In this document: positions 21,669-33,800 of the stretch, piece by piece
How positions within the stretch are numbered: the stretch's first letter is position 1
How the letters are laid out: each line of letters starts with the position of its first letter
Source: Picochlorum sp. SENEW3
Lineage: Eukaryota
Assembly: GCA_034226945.1 (NCBI GenBank)
Contig: CP120457.1
Coordinates: forward strand, 310,001-374,000
Length of the DNA stretch: 64,000 nt
Reading direction: 5' to 3'
The notes under the pieces: model-generated
Databases searched by the model: none
What the model saw: only the letters and a program-made list of their open reading frames with translations
What the model was told of the DNA's origin: nothing
Position numbers and translations under genes: made by a program

Positions 21669-21677
21669 AAACCCTAA
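21669..21677 (+). promoter_or_regulatory. Telo-box (AAACCCTAA) in the divergent MRS2/ClpF promoter, flanked by poly-A and poly-T tracts
   Basis: Exact AAACCCTAA between an A9 run and a T14 run. Confidence 0.35.
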
Positions 21678-21804
21678 CCATTTTTTTTTTTTTTGGTTTC
21701 CAAAATGTTCAATTTACGGACATGATTCCTTGGACGAGCATGCGTGACATCCCCGTGTCATTCAAACCCACCATACAACCCACTAGATACTGCATTGTAA
21801 TATC

Positions 21805-22503
21805 ATGATTCCATTACTGCATGCACCTGTGTCACGAGGTGGGTGTAGACACACCCTAGGTCGCCCTAGTATTACTAGTGATACTAGCAGAAGAAGAAAG
21901 TCCAAGTGTTTCAGGCGTGTACTGAAACAGAATCGAGTCCATGGACGGCTTCATGCCCATGACCAAGGCGATGCATTATCAGTAGGAGATCAGATGCTGA
22001 ACGTGGAGTTCAGGCTGCAACAATTGCAGCTACGATTACAGAGAGCCAAGGCTCGGGAGGACTTTGAAACAGCATCTCTGCTCAGAGATCAGATATCTCA
22101 CACCCAACTACAGCTTCGGAAAATACAAATCGACAGAGAGCATGAAATAATCCGTTATGATATTGGCAATGTGATTGAACATAAACGATATGGATACCGA
22201 GGGATTATTATGGGGTACACAGCAACGTGTGAGGCTAGCCGTTCATGGGTCAGCATGATGAATGTTGCAGCATTGGAAAGGGGTCTGAATCAGCCATTCT
22301 ATCACGTACTTGTCGATTCTCGAGATAGACCAGGTGGTCAGACAACCTATGTGGCAGAGGAGAATATCATGATTCGCCCGTGGTGTGAAATATCTCACCC
22401 TCTGGTCGACAAGTATTTTATTTCGACGACAGAAGGAGAACACCATATGCCAGAGTATAAACCCTCTGCGGAATTGCGAGGTATTTTCTTAAAAGATTTA
22501 TAA
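21805..22503 (+). CDS. CLPF: ClpF-like plastid Clp adaptor (UVR motif + YccV/HspQ domain)
   Basis: Transit-like N-terminus, UVR motif LQRAKAREDFETASLLRDQI, and YccV motifs HKRYGYRGIIMG, QPFYHVLVD and TTYVAEENI. Confidence 0.8.
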   Translation: MIPLLHAPVSRGGCRHTLGRPSITSDTSRRRKSKCFRRVLKQNRVHGRLHAHDQGDALSVGDQMLNVEFRLQQLQLRLQRAKAREDFETASLLRDQISHTQLQLRKIQIDREHEIIRYDIGNVIEHKRYGYRGIIMGYTATCEASRSWVSMMNVAALERGLNQPFYHVLVDSRDRPGGQTTYVAEENIMIRPWCEISHPLVDKYFISTTEGEHHMPEYKPSAELRGIFLKDL

Positions 22504-22524
22504 TAAATGTAATAGTAACGAATA

Positions 22525-23595
22525 ATGGATTGGATCCATCAATCATGGCAGCGAGTAGAGAAGGAATTTGACGCATGTCGGGCTGTGCCAAAGACAGCGG
22601 GGTATTTCCTGAGTTCTGATATATTTCAGGGGAGCATTGTCCGATTACAGATTCCATGTGATATAGCAAGTGAAAATAAAGTACTTGTGGGGATAGCTGC
22701 GCTTCGAGTGGGTCATGAATGGATGCATCATACCAGCAGCGGTCTCTGGGCGACCCCGTTGCTGTCGTCCGTCTTGGGACTGGCTCACCTTGGGGTTCGA
22801 TCGAACGCATTCAGCGTATCGCTGAATCCGTATAGGATAGTAGGGAAGCATGAGTATTATAGAATGCTGACGAGTGTGGTATCGCAGTCGTCAACGACGC
22901 AGTTTTTGAATTCTCTGGCAGATGTGTACAGTGCTGGGTGCCAGATGGAAGCCATGCTGGGGGGTGTGGGCATGGTGGGCGGGATGGGTGTCGTCAGTCT
23001 GCTGGGTCAGGTATTCTATGGTATGTATGAATGGCGGTGATTGATAATTGTATTCTGATGACTCTATATATATATCACTGCAGTGGCGGCAACCTCTCTG
23101 GCCACCATGGTGGCCCCTGCAGTGTCTCTGGCGCAAGAGTATTATAGATTCTCAGTGGGCTTGTCCATCACAGCCATGGGAGCGCAGACGATGGTGGGAT
23201 ATTTGGATGATGCGAGAGAGTCGATGCGCACCAAGAGGATTCAGTGTGTCCACCGATATGACTGGATCACCAAGATGCTTGCATCCGTGTCCCTGGCATC
23301 ACTATCATCTCGATACTTGATGAACACAGGGTCAGAGATGACTGGCATGTTGGAACAGCCATCCGTGTACGGACATGTAGCAGGTGTGATGGCTGGAATA
23401 ATGACTGCGCATCTCATGATACCATCCACATCGTGGTTGGGAGGAAGAATAGGGGGAGACGGGGTGAGTGTCTTGGCCAGGGTGCAGGATGTCGCCATCC
23501 AATGTGGGCTCCTTGTCTTGACTGCTGCAGCTTCTGCGTCTTCCTCTCGATACCTCACGTATTCTCCTTCTTCTTCTTCTTCTTCTTATTTTTGA
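22525..23595 (+). CDS. Divergent rhomboid-like membrane protein (RHBDD1/RBL-type). Intron 23021-23083
   Basis: Phase-1 intron G|GTATGT...TGCAG|TG joins two ORFs in frame. EYYRMLTS (WR-motif position), SVGLS (GxS) and SVYGHVAGVMAG (HxxG), plus several hydrophobic helices. Confidence 0.55.
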
Positions 23596-23842
23596 TGGTC
23601 GTGAGGAGTTGCTGTTGTATGAGGATGAAGAATCATGGAAGAATAATTAAATGGCGTCTTGGATTGATGATGATGCCTGTAGAGGAGGAGGAGCAGGATT
23701 GGGGTGTTGTGGTACTGCGTTCTCATGATTATGGTACTGCGAATGGATGAGATTGAAATCTCATCCTGGTCGGCTGGGGATATGGGGACTCGACATGGCC
23801 TACCTCGTTACTACATTAATTCAATTAATTAATATAATCAAT

Positions 23843-24600
23843 ATGCAGTCCGCAACTATGTTCCAGAAGGTTTCTATTACCAAGCCAACTGCTGCTGTTC
23901 GGTACGTGGACATGACGATGTGATGAAACCGTCCTGTGTCGGTGGTCTCCTTCTGTTCCACGGAGACAGCCTGGGTGGTATCATGGTGACGAATTATATA
24001 TGTATTTTCCGAGGCTAGATGCCCTCGTATGATGGCCATACAAGGGTGAAGAAACGTCTTTTGGGAGATAGGGTTGGATGAGATTGAGTGGGATTGGATG
24101 GATGGAATGAGCCTATCAAGGGTGGGGTTGGATGGGAATGCATTGTCCATCATTGAATGATGGTTGTTGTATTTCTTCCTTCTTCTTCTCCTCACTGAGT
24201 TTTTTTTAATTCGATGTGCAGCCCAGCTCAGCGTAGAGGAAATGCAGTCATCGTGGCATCTGGTGCCAAGAAGGTGGATATCAAGAAGCAGGGTCTCAAC
24301 TCTGTTCAGAACGATGTGGTCAAGAAGAACTTGATGGGAGTGTCTGAGACCATGAAGAAGAGAGACTGGACTGATGCCAATGGACGCAAAGGAAAGGGAT
24401 ATGGAGTGTACAAGTTTGCAGACAAGTACGGAGCTAATGTGGATGGATACTCTCCAATCTACACCCCAGACACCTGGTCAGAGTCTGGTGAGTCATACAA
24501 GCTCGGAAAGGCTGGATTGATTGCCTGGGCTGGATTGATTGTGGTGCTCCTTGGCGTGGGATTGAACTTGATCGTCTCTACATCTGCTATTGGACAGTAA
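23843..24600 (+). CDS. psbR: Photosystem II 10 kDa protein PsbR. Exon 1 23843-23901, intron 23902-24221, exon 2 24222-24600
   Basis: GRKGKGYGVYKFADKYGANVDGYSPIYTPDTWSESG plus C-terminal TM helix. The transit-peptide exon MQSATMFQKVSITKPTAAVR splices in frame. Confidence 0.95.
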
Positions 24601-24802
24601 AGTAAGCGTAATGGTTAGAGAAACGCGTGTATTCTGTTTGTTTGCATGGTGTTTCACACAGTTTGTATGTAAGACACACATTGAGTTTTGTATGGTTGGT
24701 ACACACTGTGGACTGATGTTCGTTACACGATTCAGTCTTTTATATATATATAATGCATGGGAAAAAATAATGCAAATAGTTTCTTGATTGTCTTGATGAT
24801 AG

Positions 24803-27800
24803 TTATCCTGTGCGCTTGAGAAGGTACTCTAGAGCGAGTGCCAGTTTCTCAGCAACATGTTGTCGTCCTTGTCTGCTCATGAGGCATTCTGTATGGCGTT
24901 CATCCACTGTCAGCGATAATGGTCCCTTTGGATCGTCAACGTATGGTGTGGACGCATCGAGGAGGGACTTTCCGACCCTGTCTTTTGGAACGATGATGGC
25001 TGTTGGGCCTTCGTATGTGTCTGTTCCTACATGTGGTTGGATGCCCATGCGTTTTAGTGAAGCTGCTCTGTCCAATGTGGCATACACGGCTGTTTCCCAT
25101 GCAGCGACGGGAACGCTCGGATCTGAAGGTTTGAATGAGGTGATAAACTTCAACTGCTGCGTTGGTGATCCAGCTCCTTGCACGAAATCAACGAATTCTC
25201 CGATACTTGATTGGAGAGATCCAATTTCTTTGAGGAGGTAGAACAGACCATACCATGTCGTATCATGGAGCGGAATATTTGGTGGACTAATGCATCCATC
25301 CAGCAATATCAATCCTGTTTGCTTTCCAGAATTGTGAAGATAGCGTGCCATTGCCTGCGCAATCACACATCCAGTGACGCTGGTTCCTGCCAAGAGATAT
25401 GGACCAGATGGCTGCATCTCAATCATAGCTGCGCAGTATGAAGCTGCCAGTTCTTCTGTATCGGTGCACTCTTCTGCATCTGGTCCCAAAGCAAGACCAT
25501 AACATGGAACTCTGAGCATGGCTGCGAGCTCTTTCTGAGCTCCACTAATGTCACCTCGCTCAGAATGCGTCATCCACAAGGGGATTCGTGCAAGTGGGGC
25601 AGACGCCATTTGTGCTGGGGTGCCCGTTTTTCCAATATGACGCAGAATATACCTTCTCTCTGGACATAATCTATTCAATGGAGAAACAACGCAGACTGTG
25701 CTGAGTGATCCAATATCCTCATCCATGCTATCTGGCTGTGGTGATACATCATGCATTCGTGGTGACATCAATGGAAGTGCGCTTACGCCTGTAGCTCTTT
25801 GCTCGGCATCTTTACGCCTCCAAATGGCCTCAAGTATGTGGCGGGTCAATGTTGATGCTGCATGGTGATCTTTTCGGTTCAAATAGTGGAATGTGACTGG
25901 TTGTACAAGGAACCTGATTGGTTCCCAGACATTATTTGGCCCATTGATGATGTGCGCTGCGTCTTCGTGGTCCATTTCTGATATCTGTGAGATGACTTCA
26001 GAAGATGAGAATACCAGGGATTGTCCAGGGAAGATATCCACTGGAGAGTAGCTATCTGACACTGTCTTGTAGTATCCCAATCTCGATAAGGTGACATCAA
26101 CCTTGACGTCCCATTCAGCTACTGAAAGATTTTCGGGCCTGAATGAAGCCAAGTAATCAAGCTGCTCATCGAATGCAGGCGTTTCTGCGAGACGTATCAC
26201 AATCTCATCCAAAGGTGGAGCCTTTGGACCCATGGTCTCCAAAATCAAGGGATACAGCGCAACTGCTGCTTGGCATGTGTCCACAGCTGCCTCCTCAGAG
26301 AGTAGTTGGGACACTTGCGTATTGTCCTTGATCGTGTATAATCCTTCAAATAATGCCAGTGTACAGACATTGTCGTTGAGGCCATCCAGGTGAAGCGCAA
26401 GCTCATGTGCAAGCAGTCCGCCAAAGCCAACACCGCCAACAACAACAGGCTTGTTCATCGGGATTGTCCTCTGGAGTGCTTTCATTGCAACTGTGGCAAG
26501 TTCGTTCAGGTCGGGAGCTTCCCAGAGAAGGTTGTCTTGAGGCAGGTGAACAGCGAATGCCGGAATGTTGACATTGCTGAATATAGTCTCAAGCCCACCC
26601 AAGGTTCCATTTGCTTCACAGCACACAATCAGGAGAGCCTCGACATCGCCTGGGCCTGTCTGCTCTTGCCACGCCTTTCCAACTCTATTAATTGCAAATA
26701 TCTGATCTTTTGAAGATCCGGTGAATGCACTGCCAACGCCTTCTTCGGTTGCATATGGCATGGCAACCTCCAGTCTTCGTCTGAGACCAGGATCATCCAC
26801 TCCCATCTTCTTCAGATAAGAATCAATGTCTCTAATCTCATTGGCTGAAACGGAGTATTGCGGTTTGTCTTCTCTACTGATTGTTTCAGACCAACCAAAC
26901 GGTCCCAGGACCGTTTTCAGGCCCGTAACAAGAATATTCATGTCTTCCAAGTCTTGTCTCAACAATGAGAAATGGTCTCCAGGCACATCAATGACCCTGA
27001 GATCCAAGCACCTTTCATACCAACAGGCGCCGTGGGGATACGGCACGTTTGGTCCCTTCCGATCATCAAAGTATGTACAGACACCTGGAACGAATGCTCT
27101 GAAGTATACAACAGGAGACAACAGGTGGTGATTCGAGAACTCATGACCTCTGAGGTCAGAAATCTGTGATCCCTGCTTTGTTACTAAAGCCACATATTCA
27201 ATTTGCTCCTTTACCTCTTCAACACTCATGTTGGAGTCTCTCATGACACGCCAAATGGGTGCAAAGAACTCATACTTTTGATCCATTGTCATGCCTTTCC
27301 ACTCATCTGATTCCTTTGGATGGGCGATGGAGGATCCCATGCCCAGAGCGTCCCTTCCAAGGGCACCCAAGATCATCTCCATGAGCTCTAAGCAATCCTC
27401 ATCAGTCGCTTCAGTTGCTTCAGGTTTCTGCTCTCTAATTTGTGATTTCAATGGAGTATCCATGATCAGTACTAGTCCGACCTCTTTTCCCCAACTTTCC
27501 AGCACCATTGCAATCTCCACAGCAACTGCTCCTCCATATGAATGTCCTCCAACCAAATAAGGCCCTTCAGGCTGAATCAAAACCATGTCCTCGGCATTCT
27601 GAAGTGCTAATGCTTTCAGGTCCAAGTCATTGTCTTTGTCAAGCACGTAAATTGGTTGTGTACTCCATTGCAGGAACATGGAGAAGGCGAAATAAGCGGA
27701 TTGTGCATTGGCAACACCTGGTGCAGCCAGGAACAGCGGCCTGGCCTGAGCTGGTGGGCGCAATGTCTTCATAAGTTTTGACACTTGGGGCTGTGGTGCT

Positions 27801-30800
27801 CGCACATCCCTTCGTCCCTTTGCGACATATGCTTCCTCCGAATCCTCATCTGTACCAGGTGACAATGCTTTTTCTTCTGAACTTGTGACCACCCCACTAA
27901 TGTATCCGACAATATCCTCAATTGACTGGTAGTCATACAGAAGCGTCACTGGAAGCTCCAATCCTAAAGATTCAGCAAGGATTCTTCTCAGCTCCATACC
28001 TCCTCTAGAGTCCAGTCCTGCTGTCATTAAAGGCTCTTCTGGATGAATGGCGTGGCCAACAACCTGCTTAACTTCATTCATCACTTGGGATTGTATGTGA
28101 ATCAAACGTTCCTCTTCTGTCATCAACAGCAGAGGATGATCTGCTGGGATTTGATCAATCTCATCCTCCTCGTTCTCTGCAGCTCGAGGTGTCTGCGCTG
28201 AGAGAGGTCCAGGTGATGTAGGAGGCAGATCATGTTCACCGACTATCAGGTTCTTCAGCGTAACAGCACTGTCAGATCCTAAAGCTCTTGCATTCGTGAC
28301 TGCCCAGGAATCTTCCTCAGAGAGATCCATTGATATGCTTTCCATACGCTCGTGAGATCCCAGATTGAATGAGATATGCTCGATTGTCCTGACCCATGTC
28401 AGTGGCGATTGGAGAGGTGCCATGTGACTCGCAGTGAGGGCGACCACAGCTTCAACAACGCATGAATCAACATGATTGTCCATTGACCTCGAATTATAGT
28501 GCAGAGAAGAGACAGAAGACGCTTGTCCCCTTTGAAGCAGTCCAGATAGGAGTGCTGATGGCTTGTGCAGTTTTGGAGCACCAGCCGATTGTCCAGATGG
28601 TACTGACATCCTTGCCGCCATCACTTTTTGTAAGGAGTGGGTCACCTCCAAATGACCGGTCAAAGGCTTGATGAGAATTGACACTGTACTCTCATCTGCA
28701 GTCATTCTCTTACTGGGCCGAGGTAATGGTAGAGGAGCTGGGAACGTCGCTGCTGCCACTCCACTAGCAATCAATGAAGAATCTGAGACAAGCATTTCCA
28801 CCCCTGCCATGGTGCATGTCAACAGTGTAGAAGATAACAGATGTGATCTTCCGTAAATCTGGTTGCATAGATACTCGACATTCTTCGAGGAATTGATTTG
28901 ACTTTCGAAAGTCACTGATCCAGTATTATTCTTTGATCGTCGCCTTACCCAGGCAACATCAAGCAGTTTTGCCACCCTTGGAACGACCCACATTCTCTGG
29001 CACTCCCAATTAACCACGTCGCAATTAGGAGAGATCACGGTTATCCCTCCTATTCCTTTAATAACTGCATGTGCGTTTGTTCCCTGTGCGCCAAATGAAC
29101 TGACTCCCAAGATAGCCTCACCACTTGAGACATCTGATGGAGTACCTATCTTGCTACTCCTTGCTATCAAGACTTTACTGTCTCTGATTGCGCCATATAC
29201 GTGTGGATTCAAGTGACGCAAATGAAGGGCTGGAGCCATGCAATTTCGCGTTGCAACTTGCATTGCTTCACACAGACCGACTGCACCAGCAGCTGACTCC
29301 TGGTGCCCTGTGTATCCTTTGACTGTTGCAAGCATGAATGGCAAATACCTATGACGAGATAACGCTACCGCAGAAATAGCCCCTATTTCGATTGGATCTC
29401 CAAGACTAGTACCGTTAGAATGTAATTGAATTCCGTTGACATCCTCTGGTCTCATAGAGCTGGCATACCAAGCCTCTCTCAACAATTGTTGCTGTGCTGG
29501 ACCATTAGGAGCTGTCAAAGAGCTAGCTCTTCCATTCGTATTGACTGAGCTCCCGCTAATTACCGCGATAACATCTTCTATATCTTTTTGAGGATAGTTG
29601 GGACCGAGAATCAGCGTTCTTACTGCTTCTCCTCTGGCGTACCCATCAGCAGAGGCATCCAGAGTCTTGGAGCGCCCTTCTGGAGAGATCATCTGTGCCC
29701 TTGTTAACATGAGGGTAGATTCAGGGACTAAGCAGAGCAAGACTCCAGCAGAAATAGCAGATTCCATTCGAGATTCCCTAAATGCTGAACAAGCCATATG
29801 TGTGGCGACCAGAGATGCAGAACATGCTGTATCAACGCTCACCGCAGGGCCCTTGGCAGCAAACACATATGCCAGCCGCCCGCTTGAGACGCTTGGGGAG
29901 GCAGATGTGAAGCTAAATGCATTGATTGGCTGCCCGTTTCGATGACTCAAAGATTCATAGTCAGTCGCCGCAATTCCAACAAAGGCACCTGCCTGCTTTC
30001 CAAATACAATCTCAATGCCACCTGCTGAAGTCAGAGCAGATAATGTTTGCATCAATAAAAGTCTCTGCTGTGGGTCCATGCCAACAGCTTCTGATCTCAT
30101 AAGGCCAAATAATTCTGCATCGAATAACTCGACATCTGGAACGAACACACCAAATTGAGATGGAATATTTCCCTCCCCATCAACGAGGAGAGGGGAATTG
30201 ACATCCCATCTCTCAATAGGTACTCTGATCGATGCATCTCCTTGCACCCAATCCTGCAGAATCTCTGTTTGCCCAGACACTCCGAATACATTGATATCGG
30301 ATCCTGAGAAGTTTGCATTGGCTACCAAAGCATCTTCTGCATCGCCAATCGGCCCACCGTCGCCACTCAATGCCTGGCTCAAAAATTCACTCATTGCGTC
30401 AATTGTGGGGTAGTCAAACACAAGTGTCGAGGGCAATTCAATCGAAAGCTCATCTTGAAGCTTTTGCTGCAATTCGGTTGCTCCTAAAGAATCAATTCCA
30501 GCTTCCATTAGAGGCTCGTCAGGCTTTACAGACTCGCCAACAATGGATTCAATTGCCTCTGTGACAATCAAACGAACAGTGTCCGGGTCAATTCCTGCCT
30601 GGACTGGCTTAGAAGCCTCCAAAACTCTATAATCTTGATCGAACACGGATGATGAGTAGTCCTGGGCACTCGGGCTGAGTATGAGAGGCGTGTATGGACT
30701 TCTTGGTGTCAATGCAGTTGAGCCTGGATCGGCCTTTGGTCTTTCAGTCAGCAGCCTTCTTGTCTCGACCTCACTGAGTGAAACTTTGCAAACGCCGCCT

Positions 30801-33800
30801 GCATTCACGGACTGCTCCACGTATCGTTCATCTTTGCTGAGAACACTTGAGGTCCATGCATCACTCAAACTGGTTTCAAGAGGAGAGGTCTCAATCATGC
30901 CAATTTTGGCAGCAACGCGGATAGTAGAATGGCTGAAATTATGCGCTGTGCACACAGTTCCAGACGATTCTGAAATTGCTGGGTGCATTCTGAATCCATT
31001 AGAATCGACTGCCGTTGTTGACACACATGCCAGATTGGATTTGATCTTTGTTCCCTTTTCCATCACCGCACCAATGGTTGAGGACGTGCCTGGCTGATTC
31101 TGCATAGGCTTCTCTTCAATGCTCGCTGCAGATGCATAGAAATGCACTCTGTTTGAATGCGACAAAATCTCCATGGAACTTGTCGAGACATTGATCATCA
31201 AAATTAAGTTCACGCTCTGTAAAGCCTTCTCAATAAATATTGGTGCAGAGAACAAACCATCTTGCAGATACACACTTGATTTCTGGTTGAGAAGTGAAGA
31301 TACTCCAGACGCTGAGCATTCAATCATTGATGAGGCCGATACAATGCAGCGCCCTTGGATCACGTGATCAAACATGAAACTTCCTCTTGACGAGACGAGA
31401 GTACAATTGAACATTGCTTGCTTTCCTCGCCTAGTTTTAAAGACAGATGCTGTGTGAAGAAGTGTGCTAGGGAGTGGTGCCACCCAGATCCTACCATTCT
31501 TCCAAGGAAGGTCCCTCTTGGCCGCAATAGGGCCTGTATAGTTTGCCTTTCTAACAATGGCATGAGCATTGGTTCCTTGGAATGCAAAAGAGCTGATTCC
31601 AGTGTACAATCTGGAACCTTCAGCCATCCCACTGGCACACCTTGGAGCAAGCCAAAATTGCTGCTTTGTCTTCATGGCCTGCATTTCCATCACCGTTTCG
31701 ATGTGACTATTTAGTTTGGATAAATGCGAGATTCCTTGGACAAATACTGCAGAAGCCGCTATACTGGCGTGCACTAATCCAGTTGCTCCAGCTGCTGCCT
31801 CTGTATGACCAATCCAGGCCTTTGCAGTGCTGGCAGAGACAAAGCTACGCCTAGATGAATGATCCACCAGCACAGCATTGGCTGCACCAAGTTCAATTGG
31901 ATCGCCAAGAGGTGTACCAGTTCCATGCATTTGAAGGTTTGAGATCTCTCCAGGGAGAGTCTCGCTGAATCTTAGGCATGCCCTCATCACCTCAGACTGA
32001 CTTGGCCCATTGGGTGCTGTTAGAGAGGCAGAGCTTCCATCCTGGTTGACTGCTGTACCTACCAAGACAGCTACTGCTTCTAACGAAGCATTTGAATCAC
32101 TGACCGCATAGTACAAGACTGCTGCAGATTCACCTCTCACGTATCCGTCGGCAGCACTATCTAGAGTCTTACACCTTCCGTCAGCTGACAGCATTCCTGC
32201 CTTTTGGAACATTGCTGTGGAATCTGGATTCAGTAAGAGTCCGATACCAGCCGTCAAAGCCGCGGATGAGCTTCCTGACCAGATCGCGTTCGCTGCAACA
32301 TGAGATCCGACCAAGGATGAGGAACAAGCTGTATCTACACTCATTGCCTGCCCTTTGAACCCAAACGTGTATGAGATTCTACCACTAGCAACACTCAATG
32401 CACCACCTGTCGCACTGTAGGCACTCACTCCGCTGGTATGCCTTGCGACAACGTAATTATTGTACTCAGCGCTCGCAATTCCGACGGATACAGCCACATT
32501 TGACTGAGCACTGTAGCCTCTAGATTGAGAATCTGAGATGACTTCTTTCGATAGCTGCAAAATAATCCTTTGTTGGGCATCAATCAGGAGAGCTTCTGTG
32601 GAGGAGAAACCAAATGCCTCAATATCAAACTCATCGATATTCGACAAGTATCCACCGAACCGTGCAGGTGAGTAGTCCTTGGAAAGATACTCAACATCCC
32701 ATCTCTCCACCGGAATTGTGGTAATGGCATCGATTGTATTTATGCATGATATTGACATCGGCGTCTTGAATGCCGCAGACATCAAATGCAGTGGTGTATT
32801 GGATGATTTAAGATTGAGTTCCAGTGTTGGCTCAATATCTTTAACTTCCTCTATGTCAGGGATTGAATCTGGAAGCTGAGTCTCAAGGAATGAAACCAAC
32901 GCAGATGGTGTAGGATAGTCAAATACGAGAGTTCCTGGTAGCTGTAGACCCATACGAGACTCCAATGCATTCTTCAATTCAACTGCACCAAGAGAATCTA
33001 GACCAGCATTCATCAGAGATTCATCCATTCCAACAGTTGCTCCTGTGATGGATTGAATGGCATCTAGAACTTCAGTCTGGATTGCTTCCGTGGATTTAAT
33101 CACACTTGTTTGAATACCGGCAGCTTTGCCACTTGAAGATTCTAGCTTCTTTTGAACAAAATTCTTAAAGAACACTGGTGGGCTAGATCCCAGTCGCTTC
33201 ATCATCTTCTCCCAAATGAAGAGATTTGCTGAAGTAACCGGTTCGTTTGCTCTACAAGACACCACACTCTCCAAGACTCGCAGGCCTAAGTTCGGATCAA
33301 GCAGTCCCATACCAGTTCTTTCAACCCTGATTTGCGTAGAGGAATCATTTGCAGCCATACCAGAACCAGCCCAAGCGCCCCACTGGATGCTCTGAGAAGT
33401 CAAGCCACTTGCCTGGAGATGGGCTGACATTGCGTCAATGACTGCGTTTGCAGCACTGTAGTTTGTCTGCCCAGGAGAGCCAAGCAAGGCAGCCACAGAT
33501 GAAAACATAATTTGGAACGAAGTTGGGTGCTCCGTGGAGAACCTATTGATCAGGTTGACGCTCTCAACCTTCGCTCCGAACACCTGGGCAACTGACTTAA
33601 TTGTCTGGGAACCAATGGTGCCATCCCTGAGTACTCCTCCAGCATGAACAATACCCAGAAGTTTACTGCAGTATATCTTCGAGGTATCTGCCCTAGTGGA
33701 TGTGTCACAGGATGTTGAGGTGCACATAGATCCAAAGATACTGTCAGATACACAAGAAAAGTCAATTGGCGAGCCGGTGGTAGGTCGCCCAGTTCTGCCA

